This document shows positions 14,901 to 27,917 of a stretch of 64,000 bases of DNA, piece after piece. Source of the stretch: Raillietiella orientalis (Eukaryota); the NCBI GenBank assembly GCA_036172245.1, contig JAYWIR010000028.1, positions 1,364,001 to 1,428,000 on the forward strand. The letters are read 5' to 3'. Numbering within the stretch: position 1 is the first letter of the stretch; each line of letters opens with the position of its first letter. Made by a program: the position numbers and the translations under genes. A model generated the notes under the pieces. The model ran no database searches. It was not told the origin of the DNA and saw only the letters and a list, made by a program, of their open reading frames with translations.

Positions 14901-17800
14901 CGATGGAATTGCTTCAGCCACCTCCAGACTACAGTCAGCTGATTTCTTCAATGGAGAAACCTCCTCCTGCAGAGCTTTAACAACAGCTTCGGCAGGTGAA
15001 AACGAGAGGCAGCCACGCACTTAAGGAGATCCAAGTCGCTATCATGTCCTGAGAACACGACCGTGTTCGAAAGGATTCGTCGGAAGCAACCGTGCTGATG
15101 CTTGCGTCCTGAATCAACGAATAGTCGAGGTGTCCTGGACGGTTTCCGAATCTGCTTCTCTCCCAAAGGCATTCCGTGCGTGGATGGAAAGGCATAAGTG
15201 AAGAACTGCATTGCAAACAGCTGGAACGCTCACGTCTGCCAAACACGTGGATCGAACTGAAAAGAAAAACGAAAATTCCAAATTGTGGAAGCGAAATGCG
15301 CAAGGAATTCGTAGGTGAAACACGAAAATAGATAGACCTACTTGGGAATAAACGAGCGATAGGTTCTTGCCTGTGCCATCCAACCTTAGGAAACAGCAGC
15401 TTGGAAGAGAAACGAGAAACTCGTAACTCCCCGTTCCTGAGTCTGGAGCATTACTGCAGACGTCTCGGCTGTCTAGATCCAGGAAAACCGCGACTTTCTG
15501 CGGAATTCAGCGTCACCTGTATGGGAAGAAGCTGTTTGCTTGCTCATAATCAGGGAGTACGAGCAGCGTCCTACAGCGAGCAGAATGTGTCGAGCCCCCA
15601 GTTCTCAAATTGAAAAATGATCATGTCACGATGGCAGTTTGGTTCGAGAGGGGGAGGACAGGTCAGGGCACTGGATGCAAATGTAAACACGAGAGCACGA
15701 GTCAATTTGCTAGCCGTTTTTCACAGCCTCTCGTGCGTTGGGAAGGGATTCGTCGGCATGAGAAATGTGCTGTGAATATGCGTCAGATGTATGGAGAGCC
15801 GAAAACGAGGAGGTTGCATTCAATCGAGAGAGGGAGGCTGTAAGATTTTTTTCGATGTCTCTCGCACGGGAAATCTCTTTCTTAATGAAACATTGATGAC
15901 CGAGTTTATGCAATGTCTTGCTCTTGAAAAAAAAAATAGAAATAAAGTAGAGGGTGGAACAGAATTTCAGTGGAAAATGTACCAAAAGTGCGGAGTTGCC
16001 AAATGAGAAGGACATTCGCGTTCAAGAAAAAGAATGTGCACTATTTTTCGTTTTTCAGAGCCCCTGAACTTCTGAAGCTTTCTGAGACTACTGCAAGCAA
16101 GCCCTATTCTGCCCCCCTCTTTGCAGTTTTCCTCGGAGGTCCGTTCTGAAATCCTACCTGTCGTTATCCCCCCGCCTACCATGCCCAGCCGATTGTCTTT
16201 TTCTAGCTGAAGCGCGGTTGTCGATAAATCTTCAGTTTTACCTCGTTGTTCCACGGATCCTTTGAGTCTTCCCATTCCCAGTGCAAAACAAAAACGGAAT
16301 CTGCTCGTATTCGAATGAAGAACATTGGCTGCAAGCGTGGCTGCTTGCAAGACTTTCGTGGCTGAGGGCTTTCGGCGTGCTGGCAAACCACTCGTTCCCT
16401 AAGGCATCGAAATACTTGCTGTCTTCAACAGTGCATTTGCCCCATTTCATATTATATGAGTATTCAAATCCATGTAAGCAGATGCCGCCTACGCAATCTT
16501 GGGCGCCGGATGTTCATTTTAATTTTCAGGTGTGCACACGAAAGAAATGTCTGGAGATTCAGTAAAAGCATGGATTCCTCTTTTCTGGATTCTATTCCAG
16601 TAGAACTACGATATTCGCTGTATTCTTAATGGATGGCTGTTTTTTTCTATAGTGTCCATAAATTCGCTAAGATATTTCTGGAGCTTAGAATTCAGTTGCA
16701 TGGAAGAAACAAGATTAAGGGTACCTCCTACAGCTCTTTTCAGTCTTACCATCGTCGTTTCTGATTATAATATTGTGCATGAAGAATTTAGCTCTCGATT
16801 TGGAGATAAAATTACTTCTCCAGATGATATTATGCTCAAAACAGTAACTCTCATCATTTCGTTTTGCCTCTCGGCTGTCTGTTTTTGATCAAGGGGCTGT
16901 AAGTGAGGAAAAACTGAAGAGAGAAAACCGTTGTAAGGGAATAGTCGATTTCTAGAACGTGACACATATTGTGATTATGTACGAATTTCTTATGACAGCA
17001 GCATACGTTTCAGGTGCAAAATGTAAAATCAATCGGATTCAATAGAATAAACTTCTAAGGAATTCCTTTTGGTGTATAAAATTTGCTCATGTATTTTTTT
17101 CAATGCAAATTTCCAGCTTATGAGGATAAAATGTAAAAGATAGAAAGCAAAGGCGCACACAAAAAGAGAGCAGTAGAAAACTTAAGTCTAATGGTACAAA
17201 GCTGTCGAAACAAAGTTATTACTGTTTCTTATTTTTTCGACTAAGGTAAACACCTAGTCGTTATTAAGAAAAGTGAGGAAAAATAAAATAAAACTGATGA
17301 AAGAAGTGAGCGCATTTTGTGCACTATAATTTTTGCTACTCTGAATAAAAGGCAAATGCATTTGGATGGTTAGTACTCGACAGATCAGACATGAAAACGA
17401 AAGAAATTCCTGCGGAACACTTGGTGTCGATAGGGAAAAAAAAGGAGAGCAAAAAAAAAAAAAACCTCATTTACATCCCCTGCAGTAATCATCCACACGC
17501 AACTGAAACTTTCGTTATACACAACCGATTAGCGAGATGCAACCAAGGCGATGATACACACCGAAAGAGATCTTCGATTTTGGACTGCTGTTGTAGGATT
17601 CTGGAGAAAGGGAGCTCAATGAGCTCAAAGTGTTGGCCAAACACACTGTGCATTGCATTGCAAAGTCTTCGACGATTTCGTCTTTCGGCATTGTCTATCA
17701 GGCGGTTGCCTTCAACCTCGGCTGCCGAGCTGCTGCTTCTTTGCGACGACGATGTTTGGATAGAATACTGTGAACTCTGCATCGAATCGCTCGCATTTTG
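2950..17800 (-). pseudogene. Coding-like but frame-broken region; possible decayed large multi-exon gene, unidentified
   Basis: Minus strand is rich in GAA/AAG-type codons. It has splice-like boundaries (acceptors near 4696, 8235, 11809; GTAAG donor near 16749) and protein-like fragments (e.g. 11602-11796 SLHLDKGRAAYFNRQRMNELKDAFDISTLLSHLQFQLGKI; 17560-17783). No frame stays open and I recognise no family. Confidence 0.25.
14169..14253 (-). repeat. Diverged copy of the first ~83 nt of smo's last exon (19091-19173)
   Basis: gaagagagatcttctagtgattg...atttggctgagat aligns with 19091-19173 at roughly 80% identity by eye, with a 2-nt indel. It translates to PFFLKTNGQSLEDLSS versus Smo PFSLKTNGQSLEDLSS. 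Confidence 0.85.
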
Positions 17801-18290
17801 GAATAGATTACGAGTTTTCCCATTGTAATGGTGAATAAATAATGCGGCATCGAACGTTCCCGATTTTTTCATTTACAGCTCTGCATTTAGGTATTCAAAA
17901 GGTGGCAGTCTTTCTGCTACACTGCATCATGGTGAAATCAATAACTGTACTTATGTGCAAGCTTAATTCATCTTTTACGCATATTTTCCTCCAGCCATGT
18001 GAAATATTTGCACACAAACACGTGAAAGTGCTGAAAATTGGACCAAACTTATAGCAACTTCGTACTATGACAGCGCCAATGTACTTAAATATGTACTGAT
18101 GTAAAGTATCTATAAAAATCCTAAGCATTTGTTGAACATTCCATTGTATAAATTATAACCAATAATGTGTTTCTTGTTGATGAATCAAGTTTTGATACCT
18201 ATGCATATAAATTAAATGTTTACTGTATGCAAAGTTGAAAATTGTTCTGCTACTCCTGTTTAATGTGAGAAGGAAATTTTCCAGAAAACC

Positions 18291-18575
18291 ATGGAAGAAA
18301 CCCATGATGTATCCAGTAATGGAAGCCATATACTTCAAGAATTTTTAGAAAGTGATAGAACTGGTAGGAGGAATGCATTGCCTAACATTAATGAACACGA
18401 ATTCATAAATTCCAAATTAATATCAACTAGTTTACACAATCTTTGTCTTACAGGTAAACTACCATGCATTTGTATCAGAAAAAAATTGTAGTAAACTTAA
18501 TTTTTTAATGCAGATAAACCAGATAAATTAAAAAACGAGGTGAACAAGGAGTATTTCGGTGTAAAGAAAAAATGA
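18291..18575 (+). CDS. PKI: cAMP-dependent protein kinase inhibitor (PKI family), 74 aa, 2 coding exons
   Basis: Exons 18291-18453 and 18514-18575 (60-nt GT-AG intron, phase 1, in frame to TGA). FLESDRTGRRNALPNI matches the PKI pseudosubstrate (FxxSxRTGRRNA-hydrophobic). ISTSLHNLCL resembles the PKI NES. An acceptor just before the ATG (ttttccag, ~18284) implies an upstream non-coding exon. Confidence 0.9.
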
Positions 18576-18608
18576 AACATCCTTTTTTAGAGCACTGTAC
18601 ATTGAGCA

Positions 18609-18614
18609 TTTATT
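18609..18614 (-). terminator. Candidate polyadenylation signal (AATAAA) of smo
   Basis: First minus-strand AATAAA (plus-strand tttatt) downstream of the smo stop at 18769. Confidence 0.5.
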
Positions 18615-18721
18615 GGTTTTGTATACATGCATTCAATAGAATCTCAGGAACAAACTTTCACTGATGAGATATTGGTGATGCTTAATCTCAAAATTCCAAC
18701 TCGGAGCTGGTATGTAAAAGT

Positions 18722-18727
18722 AATAAA
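18722..18727 (+). terminator. Candidate polyadenylation signal (AATAAA) of PKI
   Basis: First plus-strand AATAAA after the PKI stop at 18575. Confidence 0.5.
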
Positions 18728-18768
18728 CTCAAAATAATACTTTGATATCATGACAGAACAGTAATGAT

Positions 18769-21700
18769 TTACTGAGACACCTGAGTAGATCTGCTCACCA
18801 GATGAGCTGGCACTAAGAGCTCCCAACTTGTCTGCACTGCACTTTCCATTTGCATCCTTGTCAAACTCACATTTGTTTGGACGGCAGAATTGCACATTTC
18901 ACTGTTTTTTTTAACATCCAAACTGCAACTCAGTCGTAGTTTGGAATCATCAGTTTTATTAAACTGATTCTGATCACCACCTTTCATCTTTCTGATCAAT
19001 GGGATTTCTTCAGGAAGCTTTTTATTTTGGGGGTTATCTGGAAGTCCTTTCACACTATATTTTGAGGAGCCGAAACTTTTTTTTCGTTGTGAAGAGAGAT
19101 CTTCTAGTGATTGTCCATTTGTTTTTAAAGAGAAAGGCAGAGGTAAATGAAGAAATGAAGATTTGGCTGAGATCTAAAGAGCTTTATGCATAAACTATAG
19201 GCTGTGCAACTTACCTGAGATCCAAAATTACTTTCCTGAGATGTGTTACTATCCTTCCAAAAGGAATGTGACTTTCCACGAGCTCTTTGTCGGCTTTTCA
19301 GTCTCTTAAGCCGATCCGACTTTGATGTAGCATAGCCATGATAGAGCATGGAAAGTCTGTCTGAATCAGAAAGATGAGCTGATAGTTGTGAATCCATAGA
19401 ATGACGTCTGGTAAGACGTGAATCGACGGACCATCTAACATTATGCATACAAAAAAAGTTGAAGTACCACAACTACCTTCGTTGACTAAAGCTCTGACTG
19501 AGAGAAGATTCTAAAGATCCTCTTCTCAGAAACAATTTATCGTTTCCAGTTATAGCATCACGCCTAGTGATAAAACGTGGTATGGCTGCTCCCCATGATG
19601 TGGAAAATTCTTCGGATGCACCAGACTCGATAGCAAAATTGAGTCCTTCCAACAGAATGCACACACAAAGTTTGAATATGTTGCTTACCAAGTGGATCAG
19701 ATTGGGAAGTAGGAAAAGAAATGGACATGCGACCATTATTCAGTTCATGGCGTTTTGCAAATGCTAATGAGATCATCTTGTGCTTTTTTAAATGGAAAGA
19801 TTTCTCCTGGACAACACCACATAACCTTCTACATTAAACTTTTTCAAAGCACTCGCAAATACTGGTAGTGCCTACCTTTTCAAGAAACGTCTCCAGCAGT
19901 GCCAACTTTCTTTATTCCACACCCAACTGCTCAAATTGATCCCAGCACCAAATATGGACAATAAGTGCAACTGCATCAGAAAAACTGAAGGGCGTGTCCG
20001 AAGCATACACTCTGGTAAATACGGATCTTGGTTGGTCTTGGCCAGACATCTGCATTATATCTGTTGGGAAAGGAAGACCTAAATGATATACCCACATGAG
20101 ATAATTATGCAGACTATGTTTCCATTCTGCTTCATGCAAGAATTCGTACACATGGCACACCAAAGTAATGGAAACAGCAGCCAACATAAATAAGGTAAAG
20201 ATCAACATTCGGATAAGAGTTTGTGTGAGTTTGGAGGTTATGGTTTTGGAAAGAATCAAGGAACTTTTCCATTTCAAATGAATTAAAGTCACCACACCTA
20301 TGCATTAGATCTTGAAAACAAAATCCCCTAGACTGTAATAGCTCACCACAAACTAAGTAAAATCCACCAATCCCACTTGCAATCAATACTGGTATCAATA
20401 CAAAACATATGCGTGCAGTCCAATTAAAATAGCCAACAAAACATATGCCTGTAACATGATTGCCATCGACTTCCGATAAAGATATGATAATGATAACTAA
20501 AATCAAGGGTGTTGTCCATGTCATCAGATGGAAGTGATTTGCACGATCGTGGATTCCTTGCTTAACTTTTCCTAGAAGACGGATAAAAATGATTACCAGA
20601 ACACACACAAGAAAAGTCTATTCAAGAAAAAGCAGATGAAAGTCACAACATACCAACACATGCACTTTCAAAATGGTTACTACAGGAGCAGCATTACCAA
20701 AACCAAGAGGTAGGAAAGTCAACTGGAAATTCACAGATGCTTAATGAAGTTCATGTAGTTCAGCTTTTGAAAGAAAGAACGGAATAGTTAATTAGCTCAT
20801 AATAACAACTCACCAATAGCTCTGAAGCTTAAATGCCAGGAGTACATTAAAATCACAAACCACATCAATCCAGCAATCATGAAGTAATAAATCAAAAAAA
20901 ACACTATTGTGCATGAAAAACTTTCTCCAGCTCTAGAATAATACAAACCGAAATGTCAGATTCACATTTAAACATGCTCGTTTTGCAAACTAATGAGTAT
21001 ATGAACTACATGGATATGTATGGAATCAACAAAACTATGAACACATAGTTTACCACTTTCCTAGAATCTATAATAAATAAAATGGCTAGCCTATCTACAA
21101 TGAAAGCTTAATACCGGCATACAAAAAGTATCAATCTAATAACCCACATGAGGACCTACTATACTTGAAAAGTCAATGTACTAACACTGGAAAATTAAAT
21201 ATCATAGTTTCAAATATTTAAAATTTCCGAACCTCACCATCTGACTTGTCGTCAGTGCTAGATTAAACAGTAATCACATTGAGACATTGAGCATAACACA
21301 TAGAACTTCCCAATATGCTGGTAGAAATAAAACTACAAATTTTCTGGGTTATAAGGATATCAACATCCATCACAATATAATAACAGAATTTATAACATAT
21401 GCTAACTTTGAACAAATGTATATGAGTATCTAAATGGTGATGAATATATGGAGGAGTACATTTCTAGAACTCAGAAAGCAAGGAATAATTTAGAATAAAT
21501 AGTGTATGTAAACTTTAGTTACCACACACTGATGACATAAACAAATCGATTATACACTTTCTTTATACACTTATTCCAACTCCTGATGAATAATTTTTTT
21601 TTTTCATTTCCTCTTCCAACACATCACCTTGAACCATGCATGCTAGAAATTGATTCTTATTTATCAAAAATGACTTCTTCCCAAAGTTCCAATACATTTT

Positions 21701-24700
21701 TCAATAACCACACTTAATATACAAAACATAACAATTATGAATACCATCAAACTAATTCACAGAAAATCTGAGGAGCACATATCACTTAATCTCAATTCGA
21801 AAAACATTTTCAAGCTTTTAACCTAAGTGCAAAAGTATGCTGAGAGTTCAATATATCCAGTAATAATGACAGAAAATAAGAAACACCACCGACTGGAATA
21901 CAAGCTTAGAGTTCAAAAGATCGAACTAAATTACAAATGAGAAAATGCAATCATGCAATTCACAAACTGAGAATCAATTTCCTACTGAAGCAAAATTAAA
22001 TGATTATACGAATTTGGAAATTAATAATCGAAATAAAAAACAAATTCAAATAAAGCAAACTACTCTTTAAACAAACGCACTGCAGTTAAAGAGTAATGAC
22101 CTGAAATGCACAGAACATGATCACTTGGTAAAACTGTACTCATTGGTTCACTGAAAAACAAACTCTTTCAATCCTACAATCAAACAGGTGATCAAAACAT
22201 TTTGAAGAACGTTAAAAATTAAATATCAGATAAGTTAATTCTAGCTTTTACACAGCAGGCATTAAAACAGGAAACATCCAAGCACAAATTTAAACAAAAC
22301 AATGAAAGAAACATTTTAAAATCCACTGTCTGCAATATGTCTCACAAAATATGAAATTAAGAACTAAGCTAATCTTTGTTGAGAAATTAAAAATGTTTGA
22401 TATTACTTGGAATCAAGATTTAAATTTTAAAGACAACTAGAAAAATGCATTTTAATTCAACAAACCCAGGTTCTGAACGCCGTAAGGTACCATCTTTCCT
22501 ACAAGTAATGTCATTCTTTGCATTGGGGAAAAACTGGGCCATCCAACCAACAGAAATCATAAAAAAACAAAAGTTTACATAAAAAACAATAACAGCTGGA
22601 TATTTTTTTGTGGATTTCCAATCTATGATAAAAGTTGCCTAAAATTAAGAAAACGATACAAACAATAAATTCCTAAATCAATTTCAATGTTCTTTAATGT
22701 TTCACAATCAAAATAAGCAATAATCAAGTCTCTCATTGTAATTACATAATATCATAACAAAGATAGACATCATTAAAACATACAAACAACCAACTATGAA
22801 TATCAATCTTTGATTACCATGTTGTAAAACATGTTTTACAAATTTGATAAATTTCTATTATTACTTTAAACTATGTTCTGTAACTTAAACTAATAGTACA
22901 AATGTACCTTTTCCTATCTCAGATCTGTTATTCCACAATATGGTAAAACATAAGACATTCATAAACCGATTTTATTTTTAGAAGTTCCACTATAGAACTT
23001 CAATAACGTTAAATGAAATAATGCAATAAAGGAAGTTTTGGAACTGCAATAGATAATGCAATCTTTCCAAAATAAGAAAACTTTGATAAATAAACTCGAC
23101 AATTTAACATGACTGAGTACAAAAACTTAACATTCGGGATCAATAATAAAAATTCTCATGCACTGAACAAATTCCAGATTTGTAAAATGAGACGCAATAT
23201 TCCGAATTATTTGTGATATCTCAGCATATTTGAACATGGCATAGGAAAAAGAGCTGACTGAATGCTTCCTTAAAAGAATGCAATCATTTAATTCAGGTAT
23301 GTGAGTATTTGAGCATTAATAAGAATTTCTTAAAGATTGCTGTTAATATCAGAACAAAAATTACGATTAAAGTTACTGAGAAAATTAATAACCTTATACA
23401 GGCATATTTTATAATCAAAAACAAAATCACAATGATTACTGCAATATTTACAGCCTCATTGAAAAAAAAAAACTTGGATACTGGAATGAAAACGGAATGA
23501 TTTCATCACTTTGCTGTTACTTATAGTACTAACATTTCCAATCGAAGCATTGTTCATTAGGCATTAAAACATGATTGCAACAAACAAACAGCAAATTACA
23601 GATTCAATATAATACTTCAGTTGAATTGATTTACATACCACAGCCAAAAAAGTTATGATTAAACAAACTCCACCAACGATGAAGATAAATTTATTTATTT
23701 TTTCTCGTTCTTCTGCAGTAAACAATAATGTTTCACATTGCAATCCACATCCTTCAATGTTATCATAAAAATTGATTTCATGCATAGTACTTTTAAAGGG
23801 AGGTTTACAAGTGGCTGTTGAATTGAATTTTAAATCTCTATACTCATTCTAAAAAAGTATAATTAAGTTAGCAACCCAATCAGAACTCCAGAGACATACT
23901 GTGATACCTTACAATGATGTGGAAAATTGCTTCCATTATTACAATGAAGGAAAGAGGGCCATCCACCTTCTTTCTCTACAATTCTGCATGGATTCTGAGC
24001 AAGTTTGCACATTTCATGTGATGGTAATTCGACCATACCGTTGTCACATTTAGGCATATATATTGAACACAATAATGGTTGAATATAGGCCCAACATTTT
24101 GGCACACTCTCAATTCCTCTCCATAAAAGCAATTTTTCCTTAAAATACAACACATATCAGCTCATCAATCACATTTTTCAATAGTTACATAATAAAGTTG
24201 TGGATGTAATTTTGGCAAAAATTCCTTGAAATATAATATCATAATATCAATGTAAAATTCAAGTCGATTCATTTATTTTCAAAACAAAAAAAAAGGCTGA
24301 ACAACTAATAATCAATAAAGCTGTCAAATGGAATGTATAACAGTTCAACAGATCATTAGCAATTCAAAACCCTAGAAAAATGAAAAATCCACTCTCAATT
24401 GAATCTTGTGCTTTTAATCTAAAAGATAAAGTATTTGAAAGTTTCACTAAACAACTGTGCTTTGTGGATGTAGTTCAAAAAACAGCAGGAAGCACTGGAA
24501 ACATATTTTAATATGCATAAAAAATTACAGACTTTACAAAATGAGAATGCACACTTCCTGAAACAGTTTTCAAATATTAAAATAACCAGACATCCAATAC
24601 TCACTCTCACTTCAATTTGATTGACTGAATCTGTTACTAAATCTAGAGATGTATAAGCAAAGGGCAATTTGGCTCCAAAACAATCAGAGAACTTCAGAGG

Positions 24701-24979
24701 TTCACAGTGAGCTTTCTTTTTGCATGATGCAGACAAATTGTTGACTGACATTATTATTGTTGCATTAGATGACATATTATAAATTTTATTGGAGAGCAAT
24801 TTCTGCATATTTTTTTTACTGCCATTCTCTGGGCTTATTTCTCTTTTGATAACATCTGAGTGTGCTTCATGACTTTTCAGTTTTTCATAAATATGAGTTA
24901 CATGTACATTAGTTTTAAGCATCATCACTTGTGAAAAATAAAACAAAAATACACATAACCTCAACATAACTTGCAACAT
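18769..24979 (-). CDS. smo: Smoothened (class F GPCR, Hedgehog pathway), 12 coding exons, ~880 aa
   Basis: Exons 24979-24605, 24138-23908, 23848-23639, 22638-22466, 20932-20814, 20571-20347, 20297-20096, 20049-19876, 19828-19689, 19645-19477, 19434-19215, 19173-18769. All are GT-AG, phase-compatible, and total 2643 nt. Motifs: signal peptide, CRD (PKCWAYIQPLLCSIYMPKC), GCGLQC, 7TM (EVDGNHVTGICFVGY; SSWVW), tail KKHKMISLAFAKR. The start may instead be the ATG at 24967. Confidence 0.97.
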
Positions 24980-27917
24980 TATAATGCACTGACTGATGTG
25001 ATTCCAAAGTTTTTTAAGCAATAGGCACTGCAAACAAATGTTTGGAAGGCATGCATTGTCATATTTGGCTTTGCAATGCTGCACTCTTTAGAGTGAACCA
25101 ATTAAAAACTCAACCGAAACTTTAAAGAGCTGTTATGCTGGAATACAGAAGCTCTGGCATACAATGAAGACTGCTGAAATGATTGATTACAAATACTTCA
25201 ATTAAAGCGAAATGATTCAGTAACAACCAAAACAAAACATGACTGTAATAAGAGCAACGCCAAACGGGGTTAAACGTAACTTAGTCTTTTTCGGGAATAC
25301 TTTGTGGATTGTAAATACTGCTTGAAAAAATGACAAACCATGAGGGAAAACACGAGGTAATAACTTGTGACCAAGCCACCATAACGGAAAAAAGTACAAA
25401 ACGCTAAGCCATTAATCAAATTGTTTTTGAAATCCACATAACATCCATACACGGCAACGCAACACAAAAATGAAAACAGGAAACCACGATGTCTCTTAAA
25501 CACTGCATCATGCAATTTCGGTGCGAGAGTTATAAAATGCCTTTTATTTTGACGCGCATGCAATTTCAGTTTCTTTCTGCGTAAGCTAAGAATGGAATTT
25601 CTGTTTTTAATTTCCATGCACTTGTTTCCCTTTGCATAAGCAGAGTATTTGAAGATTATTCCCAATCTTCGGCAGTTTTAGCTATATTCTATAAACGTAC
25701 TTCTCTTTTAGATTTAGATTTACATACTCGATTTCTAGAAACTGCTCAAAGACCTACATTGGGTTGGCTTAAGCGATTTTCAAGTAAGACTTTTTTAAAA
25801 AACGAAAGTGTGAATAAAGAATTGCTTTACAAGCATGACAAAAGGAAGTATTCTTAAAATATCTTGAGTATTGATTAAATAGGTTTGGGTTTTTATTATT
25901 TTAAAAAGGAGCAAGCTAGATAGCTTGTTGAAAATTTGTTTTCATTAAAGCAAAAACACGAATTTGATTTCATTTTATTCATCCAGGAACAAGTGCTTCT
26001 GACCACAGTGGTCGTTTTTAAAAACCATTACACTAAGAGATGAATGTATTTTAATATAAATGCAAGCAAGTTACACAGTGACAATCAAGTAATAAGCAAT
26101 GTAGAGATATAAGGATGTTAGTAAGGAGCATAACAGGATTCGGACAAAAATATCCTTTGCCGGTATGAATATGCATAGAGAAACCAAAAGTATTAAGAGA
26201 TCAGATAGGAATGAAACTTTTGAATGTTTTTTATTGAAAACTCTTTCGGAAGGCGCTTTTTTTTTTTTCCAAAGGAACAGACAGGATAAAAAACTTATTC
26301 TACGGTATAAGCCGAAGTTGCAGAATGAATGCTCCAGACTTGAAATCAACATCCTTTGTCACGCTTTACTTCACTTTTACACATCATAAATGAAGTATGG
26401 ATGAATAATAATATCTTAATTGTAAATAACTTTTAGTTTAAGAATTTGTTCTAAGTTCATCTAGGCACCCAATTAGCATATGTGCATAATATGCACTGAA
26501 ACATACACAAGTCTTGAACTTGAGATTTCTGAAAGAATCCAAAGCAAATACAATCTCAAATATCATTTCCTCTTCAAGCAATTAGAATTTCACAAATTTC
26601 TTGAGATAAACTTAAGCAGTTCCGATTCAATTTAAGGGATAAAAACTTTAAACTTTATTTGTAAAATATTCAGTCAGTTTTTTCCTAATAGTTTGCATAA
26701 AGGTGCTCCGATTTCATCATGTAAGTGGTTTTTAATAGATACTTTATCTGTAGCCGGTAGTAATTTAGTAATATTCATAAGATAAGTCTCATTTCCATCT
26801 ATAAACAATGGGAAAGTTCTAAGAGACAGTAACTGCGTCAGAAGTTGAATGTGGAGCAAGTGTTATCACTAGATTTCATATGGTAAACTTCAGTAATGAA
26901 GGAATTCACTATATTTGAAATAATAATTTTAAGATTACTTTTGTTTTAGTTATATCACAATATATGACAAAATATTATCCAACCGATATTTTTGAAAGAA
27001 AGAATCCCATCCTCGTAAAGGCGAAAAGCTTTCTTATAGAACACACATCGAACCTAAAAGGATACTGGGATCGAAATTTCAGGAGGAGGAAAAGGAATAA
27101 AAACAAGCAGTCAGTTGCAAAGGAAACTAAGGAAGGTCGCCTTGATCACCAACTTTTCATCACCGAGATGTGAAATCCATGCATGTAATTACCTCCCTGC
27201 TTAGCATCTTTGCCAACAAAGCTGGTATTGACAAAAACACACAGAAACTTCACTGCATGAATCTTCAGCAAATGAAAATCTTTCTACGAGATTCGACATG
27301 CCAGCCTTTAACTGTCAATCTTTCGAGCTACCCTCCATAAACCAAGAAGGACTATGCTCCACAGATTGATGGAAAATACGTAAACCGACTAAAGAAGCGA
27401 AATGAAACTTCCGTCACGCAACATTAGTGCAAGAACCAAAACGATTTAAAACTCGCACCCATGGACCAGGTTTTGTCCTAATTTTATTACGACCGGCACG
27501 ATGGCGGTAGCGATGGACATTAAACCATGGACATCCAGCTGCCACCACCGACGAAGGCTCGGAAGTTGCTGCAAGATCTTCCCGATGTCAATGAGGATGA
27601 CGCGATCTCAAACGGGCAGCCCACTTGAATCTTCATGTCCTTTTTCACAGAGAAAACTACTGGAACAAAATGAACGCTCACACACCCTTTTATACCGACT
27701 ATCTCCGCGAACTCCGAACCCCGTAACTCCTACACCACGAGCGCAAATCTCTGAGACTTTGAATAAAAAGAAGACGACCATGTGGCGGGCCATACTAATA
27801 TTCCTCCTCCACATGACCTTCATATACTTACCAAAATCCACTAAGCCACCGAGTCTACTCTAGGGCAAGTCCTAATGTGCACGTCGTTTTACCGAGAATT
27901 CTTGCTCCGAAATGAAT

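Noticed and set aside
24980..25084. ORF-track N-terminal extension of Smo (and read-through of ORFs into introns)
   Set aside because: The start is non-ATG, and the signal-peptide-like sequence begins at the ATG at 24979/24967. ORF tails past GT donors are intronic.
27154..27190. FHHRDVKSMH resembling a kinase catalytic loop
   Set aside because: It lacks the invariant Asn, has no DFG/APE, and is flanked by stops; likely chance.
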